From Macrostomum lignano (Eukaryota): a stretch of DNA of 64,000 nucleotides. The DNA is taken from assembly GCA_002269645.1 (NCBI GenBank), contig NIVC01000811.1, forward strand, positions 62,001 to 126,000. Direction: 5' to 3'. The notes below the pieces were generated by a model. The model worked only from the letters and a program-made list of their open reading frames with translations, made no database searches and was not told the DNA's origin. Each line of letters begins with the position of its first letter. Position 1 is the first letter of the stretch. The position numbers and the translations under genes were made by a program. Of the stretch, positions 23,901 through 34,962 are shown one piece after another.

Positions 23901-26900
23901 CAGAGAAGATAAAAGAAAAGAAATGAGAGATAAGAGAGGAAAGAAGAGAAAACTGAGAGGTGAGGCAAGAGACGATAGAAGAGATGAGAGGAGAGAGTGG
24001 ACAGAGGAGAGGAGAGAGTTGAGAGAAGAGAGGAAAAAGGAGAGAGGAGAGATGAGGGAAGTGTTGAGAGAGAGTACAGTAAAGAGTGAGAAGAGGGGAG
24101 AGGGAACAGAGAGTAGAGAGCAGAGAGAAGAGAGAGCAGAGAAGAGAGAGTAGAGAGCAGAAAGAAATGAGAATAGATAAAAGAGGAGAAAGGAGATTTT
24201 TGAGATCAAAGACCAGAAAGAAGAGAGGAGGAGAGAGAAAATAATAGAGGGGAGAGGGAAGAGATGAGAGAAGAGGGGAGAGAGGAGAGAGGAGAGGTGA
24301 GAGACGAGAGAGAAGATAGGAAACAGAAGAGAAGATAGAAGTTTCAAAGGATACAAGGGACATAGGGAGAAGCAGAGGTAGAGGCCAGAGTTTGCTTGAC
24401 ATTCTGGGCAGCACCCCAGCTAATAATTTCAATATTTGCCATAAATCCTAATTTTACATGAATGTACTCTATTTTATTTTTAGCTCTATCCTAAATTACT
24501 AACTATTAATAAGTTTTTGTTTAAGTATGACTATGTTATACTAGTGTATGTCTTATATTACCAAATTATACTAAATTGCATACACTGCTTTGCTTATACT
24601 AACATATAATAAAATAATAATCAGTGTATAAGAAAAGGTCTTAAAAATCTAGAATATTCATAACTAAACAAATAGATACTTGTGTTAGCAATTTAACCAG
24701 ACAAATAGCAAAATGGCTATTTGTCTAGTCATTGGTCAAATAACAACTGCTCATTTATTATTCTAACTTGAATTTTCAAATGTTTAATTTAATTTCTATA
24801 TCTATTTTAAATAGTTTTTATTGGTTATATACAAAATAAAAATAAAAATAGCTTAAAGTGTATAATTAGTATATAGATTTTTCAAAGACTAATAATAGGC
24901 CTAGTACTACTAAACTATGGAACTTTTTTTATTAAGCCTATAGTCTATAGAAAATAGGTAAAAGTCTATAAGAAAAAAATAGATAACTACTAATACTAAA
25001 AGAAAAATTGGTTATAATCATACATGAGCAACCTCCAAAATTCGGTCGGCCGTGCGACTTAGTTTTAACAAAAATGCGACGTAGTTTTTGGCCAAAAATG
25101 CGACTTACATGTAAAAAACCCTAAAGCAAAATTAACGCAACTTTGGGTAAACGGCAGGAGTAACTATGACTGTCCTTTTAAGCCAAAATGCCTCGTCAGC
25201 TACTTAGTACAACTACTTGGGTATTTTTTCAGGTGGGCCTTTTCGCGACTTCCTTTGTTGGCCACCAAATCAGTCGGCCGGATCGGCCGACTCGGCCGAC
25301 TGTTGCGCGTGTATGGTTATAATACTAAAAAAACTCTACTTTAAAGCAATTAGTATCATTTAATGATTATTAATAGGCCTTGCTAGTTTTTAATTTTATA
25401 ATTAAAAATTTAAAAAAAATTATTTATGCTTGTGGTGGCTAGACTGTATGCAACCAGCAGCACTAATGCAGCCACACCAGAAAATCCCCCAACCTCTATC
25501 TAGCTGAGGTGGGGTGGCTGCGCACCAAGCTAGCCAGCTCACTAAGCTGGGGGGGGGGTTGGCATAGCCTATCATGCCACACCACCTTTTTGCACTTCCC
25601 TAGGCCCTTCAATCTCACGCTATTGTATAAATATAAATATACCCACAAAGCAGCACAAACTCTTCACTGCCATTCCATCTATTGAAATAAAAGGCCTTTC
25701 ACCTCATGCTATACTTATAAGTCATAAGGGCATAGGCCAGCAGACCAATGTAAAAACTAATATTGTTGGTAACTGGTCATTTCACCCATAAACCATTTTG
25801 GCCATGGACATTTTGCCCCCAGATCATTTCGCCCACAGACCATTTTGTCCACAGACCGTTTTGGCCATGGACCATTTTGTCTCCAATTCAGACTATGCAG
25901 AGTTGAAATGAACAAAGTCATGAGCTGAGAGTATGCGAGATGAGACGAAAGTGCCAAAGAGCATTGACAACCAATGATACAATTTATTATAAGCAAGGTT
26001 CAATAGTAACCATTCCCACTTTCAGGGCTAAAACACCAACAATCTGACCTATACTAAATATATACTAAAATCATGATAGAGCAGAGATCTGCAAAGAGCA
26101 TGAGCCGCAGACCATGAGCATATGCACTCCACTAGTATCACAAGTTCCTCGGTCTTGACATTTCTGTCCGGTGCTTCTACCATTACTTTTGCTAAGTAAC
26201 TGGTTTGTTTTTGCATTAACATCTGCTCCGACATGGACTCAGCTTGCCTAAGGTTTCTCTGTACTTTTGTACAACATTTTTTATAGTTTTAATTTTATCC
26301 TTTTATTTTTTCTGGTAATTTACCTTGCTTCTCTTGCATAAATGAAGCCAAAGATTGAAATGACTTACATGTACAGTAGTTTTTTTACTTTACTTGATCA
26401 CAGTTTTACACTTTGTGCTTTGATTATCAATTTTGATGACAAATCTTAATTATTCTTTTAGTATTTTTGGCCTTACCCTGCCTTGTAACCAAAACCTTTT
26501 CAGCTCCTTCTTGATTGAAATGACTTTTATATAGCATTTTTTACTTTTATACTTTATCCCAGTTTTATATTTTGTGCTTTAATTGAAACCAAGAAACCCT
26601 TTCTCATTCTCTGATTATACAAATTGGCTTTAATTGTTGCACATTTGAAAGGAATGACTTTAAAAAATCTTGTAATAATTCAAAATCGTAATAAACAAAA
26701 TTGCAATAATGCAATAACACAATTGTTGCGGCAACAATTTAGATCATATTTTATTACAAATTAAAACAAAAAATTAGCATTGAAAAAAAGAAAATAAAGA
26801 TATATGTATTTCTGTATCTCTAAATACATAATGACCATTTTGGCCAAAAAGCCCATTGCCAAACTGGTTTATGGGCGAAACGGGTTATGGGCAAAATGGT

Positions 26901-27310
26901 CTCAGGGGGAAATGTCCATGGCTGAAACAGTTTGGGGGCAAAACAACCAGAATTCATATTGTTAATAGACTTTATTATTAACCTATTAACCTTTAAATAA
27001 ATATGCTCTATTTATTGATACACAACCTTTATACAAAGCTATATAATATTAGTAGCAATGTATTTTAATCAATTGTCAAATAGAAAACTTATAAAAAACA
27101 TGTTATCAACTTAACAAGATCAATATTTAGTTTGTTAAATCAAAGCTATTTTTAAGCATTACAATTCGTAGCAGAACATTTTTATTATATTCATAGACAT
27201 AAATCAATATATATCACTCACCCACTATTAGAAGCATTGGTTGCATTGACACTATGAATGCGTAGCCTATTGGCCATAACTTTAAGCTTGTTCACCGTTT
27301 CAGAGTCCAT
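16579..27310 (-). CDS. tkt: Transketolase (metazoan type), 620 aa, 7 exons
   Basis: complement(join(16579..16929, 18076..18522, 19346..19687, 19800..20159, 20756..20911, 21008..21125, 27222..27310)) = 1863 nt, all GT-AG and in phase. Motifs: [20 protein letters not shown]...SGHPTSC, DRFILSKGHAAP, GHPTP, ATGSLGQG, ThDP motif GDGESAEG...[21 protein letters not shown]. Confidence 0.97.
16958..18050. repeat. (CTGT)n-type microsatellite filling tkt intron 6
   Basis: Direct read, with an internal TTAGTGTCTG variant. Confidence 0.97.
18588..19325. repeat. ~30-bp minisatellite filling tkt intron 5
   Basis: Unit GAGGCTTCAGTCTCCCAAATCCCATCAG(T/CT). Confidence 0.93.
20170..20700. repeat. 33-bp minisatellite filling tkt intron 3
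   Basis: Unit GATACTGATGGATATCGATTAGCGATAATG(G/A)GC. Confidence 0.92.
21541..22478 (+). mobile_element. Probable non-autonomous Helitron/Helentron-like element in tkt intron 1
   Basis: Starts ATCTCTAACTATAAAAATC, followed by a TGTGTGTCTG microsatellite and CAAACCGCTCAACCAAATTACACCAAACTTT, with recurring TTCAAA(T/C)TTGACACA. This organisation is typical of such elements. The 3' boundary is a guess. Confidence 0.4.
22718..24406. mobile_element. hAT/Charlie (MER58-like) termini enclosing a 1.6-kb purine-rich tract
   Basis: Left CAGGGATCGGCAGATTTTT...GGGCCAGAT, right GGCCAGAGTTTGCTTGACATTCTG. The 8-bp flanks do not match. Confidence 0.35.
22770..24375. repeat. Cryptic GA-rich low-complexity tract (polypurine strand)
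   Basis: Almost exclusively G/A on the + strand. Includes a ~30-bp local repeat AATCTGAGTGAGGAGAGAGGA...GGGGAGAG. Confidence 0.95.
25019..25315. mobile_element. 297-bp MITE (hAT- or P-like) with perfect 8-bp TSD, carrying a 28S rRNA fragment
   Basis: TIRs CATACATGAGCAAC / CATACACGCGCAAC (12/14). TSD GTTATAAT at 25011-25018 and 25316-25323. Subterminal TCGGCCG repeats. Confidence 0.85.
25145..25208 (+). pseudogene. Degenerate 28S (LSU) rRNA fragment, helix 69-71 region; not a functional rRNA gene
   Basis: GGGTAAACGGCAGGAGTAACTATGACTGTCCTTTTAAGCCAAAATGCCTCGTCAGCTACTTAGT versus the eukaryotic 28S consensus GGGTAAACGGCGGGAGTAACTATGACTCTCTTAAGGTAGCCAAATGCCTCGTCATCTAATTAGT. Confidence 0.88.
25768..26955. 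mobile_element. ~1.19-kb non-autonomous TIR element with 8-bp TSD (superfamily uncertain: Merlin/Mutator-like)
   Basis: TSD ATATTGTT at 25760-25767 and 26956-26963. Long imperfect inverted termini are built from TTTCGCCC(A)/CCATTTTG subrepeats and both contain GCCATGGACATTT. Confidence 0.72.
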
Positions 27311-28575
27311 GTTAAGAGTCGAAGAGTAAAAAATAATGTCGAATCTGTACTGCACAGTAAGTACCTATAGACTGTAAGGTAAGTCGGCCAGTGGATACAA
27401 GCAGGAGAGTGTTGAGGCAATTGTGGTGGTGGTGCAGTGTGAGGTGTACCTACCTAATATATTCGCAGCCGTGATAAAACATTGCTATTTGAACTTTATT
27501 TTTTTACTGAGTTGTTTTGTATTTTTATTCAGCTTTTCATTCAACATGTTCATTTTTCTCATAAGCCAAAGTTTTCACAGCAATAATTTCTTTCGTATCG
27601 AAAATATTTTCTATTTTTTGTTATAATAATTTGAGTTTTTAGCTTGATAAATGCAATAAATAGAATATTTACAATTATCGTTAGATGTTTTGCATTGCCC
27701 TCCCTCTGTGCTTAGCCAAAACAATTCACAGACGATAGTACGCGAACCGCAGCTTGTCTGCATTTTCAAAAGGATGCAATAGCTTAAAAAATACATGTAC
27801 ATGGTCATTCCAAGAAAGCCTAGCTATCGCTTGAGGTTGCGCAAAATTTGCTTAGTATTTAAAAGACTTCCAAAAATCGGAATCGATGCACCTAGTATCA
27901 CAGGCTTTTGTATAATGTTGTAATAGCTATAATAGTTTTAAAGGAATTTCGAAACTATCAACAATCAACAATATTTTACAACAACAAAAAACATTGTTTT
28001 TGCGCTGTCTAAAAAGTGCAAACTAAGAGAGCGCACATCAAGGCTTGGATGCAAAAAAGAGCAAACTCGGGGCACCCCGCGTTTGCGAGCAGGCAGTCGG
28101 CGAAATACGGAATACAACACGGAATTCACTCTAACTCGCCAAATTCTCGCTATATAAGGATGGTTCCAGCAGCGCCAAAGCAGCGCCTCCTGCGCTATGG
28201 CTGTTGGCTTGATGATTTGGCCAGCGGGTGCAGCAGGATAGGTATAGTTTAGATATACTTATACATCTTTATGTATGCATCTTCAGCACAGTGCATTCAA
28301 GGGTCTAAGAAAGTTCGTAATTTAATTCGAAGTTAAGTAGAAGTCAGTCGAACGAATAACAGAACTAATCGTCAGATTTTTTACTCCTGTTGCACTATTG
28401 AGAATCAAAACGTGAAATTTATCTTGGAATTTCTTTAAGCTTCATCAAATCAAGCCGAAATTTTCTTGCGTAGCAGCAACTTAATTGTAGAAACGCGGTT
28501 ACCGTCGATCTCACGCGGTATCACTTTAAATGTCGAGTTGTCATTGACGACAGAACACATTCCTCCTCCAGTCAA

Positions 28576-31500
28576 TCAGTGGTTTCTCGGCCGGTGCATG
28601 TACTCCTTGAAATCGTACAGGCAGCCGATTGAGTGAAAATAGAAGAACACGTGCAGCGGTAGAGTGACAATGGCCAGAGACAAGTTCACTGGATCGTCGT
28701 TTCTGTAGCCAAGGATGAGGCTGAAAGCGCTACCGTAGATGAACCACTCGGCCGCGTTGCAAATTATCAAAAGCCACGCGCCGATGTCGGCCAGCCGCGG
28801 ATGAAGATTGCGAATTCGGCCGGCCAGGATTCGATCAACTAACGACACCTGTGTTATAGTCATAGAAAACTAAAGCAGCTAGAGGGACGCTGCAAATGAG
28901 ATTTCAACTTAGTCCCAAAGTGAAAGCGATGCATCAGAGAGTGGCGTTTGTACCATCAGATCCGGCGAAATCCCCCGATAAGTGCTGCTCTGACACATCG
29001 CTTTCATTATGGGGCTTTAAGTTGACATAAGACCCCAATTTATCCCATCATATCCTAATTCTGGCAGATAATTCTTGATAATTCTACACTCACTGCAAGA
29101 AAGAAACGTTGCAAATACTCGTAGAACTTCTAGCGGTGCTCGGAGCCTGGTTTTGAAGGCGATTAACGAATCGGTGAACATGTTCGATCAAGACTGTTTC
29201 GAATTAAGACAGAGGGCTATGAGAATCAAATTTAATCCAATATTATTTAGGGACAATTTTAGGGACTATTAAGATTAGGATTTAGGTTTGGTTAAGTTAG
29301 GAAATTAAGAACGTGCAATGTTATCAGAGCGTGGTGGAGTGTTGCAGTTGTGGACAGTTGCACTCCTACAAAAAGACACAAGCTTGATGACGGCATTGTA
29401 AAGGGCGAGTGCAGGCCGCCCTAAAAGTCTGTTTCCACTTTAAGGGGTCAATTGTGTCTTTTATGTCGGCCGGAGTTTCAACTGCATCCAATACTAAGAT
29501 ATTTCAGATGACGCACGAGCAGGAAGGTCCGTGGGAATCGGCCAGAATTGCGAGTCTGTGAGCGGCGCATTATCTTTCGATGGGAACATTTAAAGGGGTT
29601 GCGTGGGGGAAAACTTATTATAAATAGCGCGACAGTTTAACATATTTTTTTCACTCCCTTCTCTATCCAAATTACCTGCTTGCTGTTATCTTAAATTGTT
29701 ACCAACCTGCGCGTGCTTATCGCTTCCGCTGACCCGCGTGGATCAAAAGACTGAACACTACCATTACTTATTGATGTCTTCAACCTAAAATTAGGTTAAC
29801 TATTTATAAGCTAGGATGCAATAGTTGATAATAATAGAATTGAATTAGCATTAGTTATTAGTTGAATGATAGTGCCTCAGACTTATCCTATGTGCTTGAA
29901 GCTCGCTGAAATAATGCTTATATCATGCATGAAGATGAACAACAAAATATATATTTAAAGCTACCAGATTACTATACTCATTTATTCAATATTTACTCGC
30001 GAATGCATTTGCCTTAGTAAAAATGTTGACCAGCGGAAAGCTGAGAGAGTAGTTATTAATATTTATATGTACGTTTGCGGCCGACTAAAGAAACTTATAA
30101 GGTCATAGGGAGGGCAGCTGCCTCCTGGCACTGAGACCTCCTCCTGAGGGAGGTCACAAAGAGGGTCAGTTGTTTCATGGTAAAAAATGGAGATTCATGT
30201 GTTGACCTGCGGCGCTAAAACGGAGCCAAGCACCATGCAGAGGCGCCAATGTCTAAAGTGAGTTAGGAAAATGCTTGCACGCCATCCGAGACTGACTCAC
30301 CTGCAACACACTCTGTAAAATATTCAGCAGTGAAGTACCGCCTTCGATATATGGCACTCTGAACTGGCCCCCACCTACGACGAAGGCTCTCCAGAGGCGC
30401 TGAATTCTGTACAGCACCACACCGGACAGACCGCACCAGAGCATGACGCTATCCGCAGTGTGTCGGACTTCAGGCCCTCTGTCAGCCCTCTGAACCTGCA
30501 CGGAGCAGCATCGATTGACAGCCAACAGAAATAGGCATACTATAATGCCAATAGAATAGAACGGGACTTGTATTCGATTCACTGACGCATTCCAATCTTC
30601 AATGCTTTTTGTGCAGACCATAAAAAATTTGAATATCAGAGTGCCTACAGTGACGCTAATTAGAAACGCAAACATCAGGACCAGTTTGCAGCTGTATCTT
30701 CGAATTTGCTTTAAAAAATGTCCATTTACTTGGTAGTCTTCGCTGATGCTGCGTTTTATCTCGTCAACCGGCCTTCCGGAGAGCTGCTTTCTTAGAAAAA
30801 CTTTAACCCAACGGCCGGCGTTTGACATCACAGAGCAGGACAAAATCGCTCCCATGAGGAAGAATTCAGAGAGAAACGGGCCAAGACTCTCCACCAGCGA
30901 TTTTATTACATCCTTGACCGATGCCCGGTGTATTTTCGAGTCTGGGCACCAGTCGGAACGCTTCAAAACGAACACCTCGCCGATTTCGGATTTGGTGTGA
31001 AAGCACCAGCAAGATATATTGGCCGAAATGATCAAACTGAAAGCTAGAAAAGTCTGCTTCAGCTTCCAGAGCAGACAGACTTTGCTGTGAACGACAAAGA
31101 AGCGCACCTGGATCGGTACGAATGCCATTAGTAGGATGCATTTAACGGTTAAAGCGGCCAGAGCCGCTCCCGACGCGTGTCCACCAATCAGATGTTCGAC
31201 AAACTCCAATAAAACGCCGATCAATCCCAGAAACGAAAATACAATGAGTATTAATTCCAAAAATGTCGTAGGATAATTGGCCAAATGATGCGGCATCTTC
31301 AGACACCAGTGAACTGCTCCGATTTCCGGCAACCTGTTGTTGGGGTCATAGGGATTCACCAGTTCCGCTCGATCAATTGTCTTGTCCAGTATAACTCGGA
31401 ACGTCAGGTAGATGAAGGCGCCGATTCCGCCGAGTAACAGAAGACTCTCCATCCACAGGCTGAACATCTCAGCTGTACTCAACGATCCGTGGTGACTAGA

Positions 31501-32330
31501 ATTGTCCGACTTCTCGGAGGCGTCTTCGTGCTTGCTGGAATCTTCTTGGGCCTGGTTCAACGATGCGATGACAGACAAAGCAAATGTGAATAGGATGGTA
31601 AAGTAGCCCAGCAGCTTGTACAGCGGTGAGGGGTGCTGGGCGAGAACTGTCACTGGGCTTCTTTGGGCCACGTTGTTGGGTTCTTCTATCGCCTCCTGCT
31701 GCTCATCGGGGCTGTCAGACGGATTTACGAGTACGAGCGGACGCCGTTCTGGGTCCTGCGGTGCGCGTTGGATGAGTTGGTTTCAGCGAATGCTTTCAGT
31801 TTGAGTAGCTGCTTATAGCAATTGACTAGGGGCGAAGGGGAGGGAGCAAGGGGGCTCTGGTTCTGGCGCTTCTGGTGCTGGCGCCTCTGGTGCTGGCGCC
31901 TCTGGTGCTGGCGCCTCTGGTGCTGGCGCCTCTGGTGCTGGCGCCTCTGGTGCTGGCGCCTCTGGTGCTGGCGCCTCTGGTGCTGGCGCCTCTGGTGCTG
32001 GCGCCTCTGGTGCTGGCACCTCTGGTGCTGGCACCTCTGGTGCTGGCGCCTCTGGTGCTGGCGCCTCTGATGCTAGCGCCTCTGGTGCTAGCGCCTCTCA
32101 AAAATAAAATGACGCCTCCACTCCGATAAAACTGCGACTCTAATCAAAACGAAAAAGCATCCCTTTAAATCCTGTGAGCAGCTCTCTGGTTTGTAATCAG
32201 TGCGTTGCGTCAATCTGTAATTCTTCGTATTTTTCATAATACGTAACTTCATCACCATCAAAATCTAAAAAAACTTCAGATCCGATTGTTAATGAATATT
32301 TGTTTTACTCACGTGGCTGTCGTTCTGCAT
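28576..32330 (-). CDS. otop: Otopetrin-family proton channel (divergent), ~588 aa, 3 exons
   Basis: complement(join(28576..28869, 30301..31755, 32313..32330)). Exon 1 MQNDSH|GTGAGT joins in phase to DPERRP. Multi-TM protein with otopetrin motifs FVPIQVRFFVVHSK, ANISCW, GPFLSEF, LQSVLQ, ICNAAEW, PLHVFFYFHSIGCL. The exon 3 acceptor could alternatively lie a few codons further in, just before VSLVD. Confidence 0.85.
28904..29025. mobile_element. ~120-bp foldback/MITE hairpin (Kolobok-like ...CTTTAA end) in otopetrin intron 2
   Basis: Arms TCAACTT-AGTCCCAAAGTGAAAGCGATGCATCAGAG and (rc) TCAACTTAAAGCCCCATAATGAAAGCGATGTGTCAGAG. Confidence 0.65.
31850..32097. repeat. 15-bp tandem repeat in otopetrin intron 1
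   Basis: Unit CTGGTGCTGGCGCCT, ~16 copies. Confidence 0.95.
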
Positions 32331-32754
32331 TTTCTGCTCCTTTCTGCTGCTTTGTGCCCAGGGTTCTCTCCAAGGCTTTCTCTCTGTATAGTGATGAAGC
32401 TTTACTTTTCATTTTGTTGTGAAAATCGTGCCCTTTTTCTCTCTCGCCATACCCCAAGCATCTTAGTCTGCCCCAGTCCTCCAGTTGTCTATAAACGTGC
32501 GTACATTGATCACACCTACCTCCCACCTCACCCAGGGCGTACATTTTCACTTTAATGAGGCACGCATTGAATTATGAGGCATCCCCCCTCCCCCCCGAAC
32601 GGTAGTTGGCTAATTTCGAACTCTCTACCTTAACAAATGCGCTGCCCGCGGTAACCTGATTGTGCCCAATTTGTTAGTTTCCTGCTTTTCCCTGCTTCTC
32701 CCTTCGACAGGTCAGGCTGCAGGCGAGCGGTCCTGTGGATGGGCGCACAACAAC

Positions 32755-32773
32755 TGGTGCCAGTGACCAGAAT
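32755..32773 (+). other. Possible LTR-retrotransposon primer-binding site
   Basis: ...CACAACAAC followed by TGGTGCCAGTGACCAGAAT resembles the tRNA-complementary start of Gypsy internal regions (TGGTGCCGTGAC...). Lies upstream of the pol remnant on the same strand. Confidence 0.35.
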
Positions 32774-32784
32774 TCCAGATTTCT

Positions 32785-33295
32785 GGAGTAGTGAATTAGT
32801 GAACTAGTGAACTAGTGAATTAGTGAATTAGTGAATTAGTGAGTTAGTGAACTGGTGAATTAGTGAATTAGTGAATTAGTTAACTAGTGAATTGGTGAAT
32901 TAGTGAATTAGTGAACTGGTGAATTAGTGAATTAGTGAATTAGTGAATTAGTTAACTAGTGAATTAGCGATCGAATTAGTAAATTAGTGAATTAGTGAAT
33001 TAGTGAATTAGTGAATAAGTGAATTAGTGAATTAGTGAATTAGTGAATTAGTGAATTAGTGAATTAGTTAACTAGTGAATTAGTGAATTAGTGATCGAAT
33101 TAGTGAATTAGTGAATTAGTGAATTAGTTAACTACTGAATTAGTGAATTAGTGAATTAGTGAATTGGTTAACTAGTGAATTAGTTAACTAGTAAATTATT
33201 GAATAAGTGAATTAGTTAACTAGTAAATTATTGAATTAGTGAATTAGTTACCTAGTGAATTAGTTAACTATTGAATTTGTGAATTTGTGAATTTG
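32785..33295. repeat. 8-bp tandem repeat
   Basis: Unit TAGTGAAT with TAGTTAAC variants. Confidence 0.95.
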
Positions 33296-33299
33296 TTAA

Positions 33300-34240
33300 G
33301 CGCTTATAGCCAATTTAGAAGATCTTATCGGTGCTTTGACAGCAAGAATCCAGGAGCAGTTGAACATAGGTCTGCTTGTTTCACGTCTAAAAAGCAAGTA
33401 CGTGCCGACTCAAGATTTTGCTTTGTGGATGCAACAGTTTACCCCGCACTACGCGCTCAAGGACCACTGTACTCGTAGTACTGGCTGCTACAGTGGTCCT
33501 TGACTACGCTTTCCAGCCAGTGCGCCAGACTCTCGCATCGATGAAGCTGAGTCTGAGATGGCAAAAAACCATGGCCACACTGACTCTTTGTCTCGAAAAT
33601 ATCGAAACTCGAAACTCTGCTTCTTGAGCAAATTTTTTATTTCTGCAGCGCAATTTTAAATATTGCAATGCAATATTACCAGCGTATATCATAAATAGTT
33701 TCTTAACGGAGGTTGTCAAATTGTCAACCCCACCGCAGGTCATGCCCTGGCAGCAGAGTCAGGAGAGGTGTCCTGATCAGGCTCGAAGCGTAGGTTCTGG
33801 TCTTTCGATGTCCAGGGTCTGAAGTTCCAAAAATTATCTGGCCACCCAGCTTGTTTCAGAAGGTCTGTGAGCTGCATGACGGAGTCGCAGGTGGTCACCT
33901 ATGGATCGAAAAGACCCAGAAGAAGTTGAAGGCCAGGTTCTGGTGGCCTGGAATTTCAAGAAAGATTGCAGGAGGAGTACTGCAGGAGCTGTGTGCACTG
34001 TGCGCGGTAAAAACCAGGCCAGGTAGATCGAGCTCCGCTGCACCCCATTGTGTCAAGAGCATCATTAATTAGACCATCGCTGAAATCGAGGAATTAATTG
34101 ATCTAGGTTCGTTCTGATCATTCAAAGCTCGTTCACTAAGTGGCCAGCTGCCGTGGCGCTTTCAAATCAGCGTGCAAGCACGGTTGTGGCAGAGGCTATT
34201 TGCGACAATTGAATTGCGTAGTTTGGATGCACCAGTACCT
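33300..34240 (+). mobile_element. Degenerate Ty3/Gypsy pol remnant (RNase H end, integrase zinc finger and core)
   Basis: GKNHGHTDSLSR; LHDGVAGGHLWIEKTQKKLKARFWWPG...EYCRSCVHCA (HHCC); FTKWPAAVALSNQRASTV. Interrupted by stops and frameshifts. Confidence 0.85.
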
Positions 34241-34812
34241 GTGATCTCTGGGCACAGGCTCGCGAAGGCACATTCACATGTAAGACAAAATCTGCCAAAT
34301 TATCAGCGGAAGCAGAAAATCATACGAATCATATACGTAGGAATATAGTACTCTAATATTCACCGGCCCTGTAGCCGAACGAAGCGGCAAACTTTCACAG
34401 TTACATTTATATTATATGTAACAATTATATAGTCTTATTTCTGAGACAAGCGCTCCTGAGGAACTGGCTCACAACAATAGCTCGTATTTAAAAAGTTTTT
34501 GAAGTGAAGATTATAAATTTCTTTGAAAAGTTTAGATAATTAATGTTAAAAATGATGTTTCATTTTCTCCAGTGTTATGCAGGTGTTAAAAATATTATCG
34601 ATAAAAGTAATCCTCTGTCAACGATTATTTGAAAAGAGCTTTTTACAGAAGAAATTAATAACTCGTTGAAGTAAAGCATTGTAGTGAAATATATTAGTGT
34701 ACTAAGACTCATAAACTTATTTTGAAAAGGCCCTCATGACCAGTGCAATTATTGTCAGAAACTGCAAGTTAAGCTTAATAACTTGGCCGTGGTCGCAGTT
34801 AGTAACGTAAAG

Positions 34813-34962
34813 CAGGGGCGTGGATCCAGAAAAAAACTTTGTTAGGGGGCAAATTAAAGGCCGTAAAAAGTATAGGATAATAGACAAAAAAGTCGTCAAA
34901 ACACGGCAAATATATGTGGCAATTTTTTCGCCCCTAGCTGAAGGGTGCATTCCCTGCCACTG
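34813..34962. mobile_element. Small hAT-like MITE candidate
   Basis: Ends CAGGGGCGTGGATCCAG and (rc) CAGTGGCAGGGAATG. Flanks TAACGTAAAG and (T)TAACGCAAAG are similar. Confidence 0.35.

Noticed and set aside
25145-25208. Functional rRNA gene or rDNA unit
   Set aside because: Only 64 bp, helix-69 pairing is broken, and it sits inside a MITE.
30253-31671. 472-aa single-exon ORF as annotated by the track
   Set aside because: It starts at GTG and runs through the donor at 30300. The spliced model supplies an ATG exon and the missing otopetrin C-terminus.
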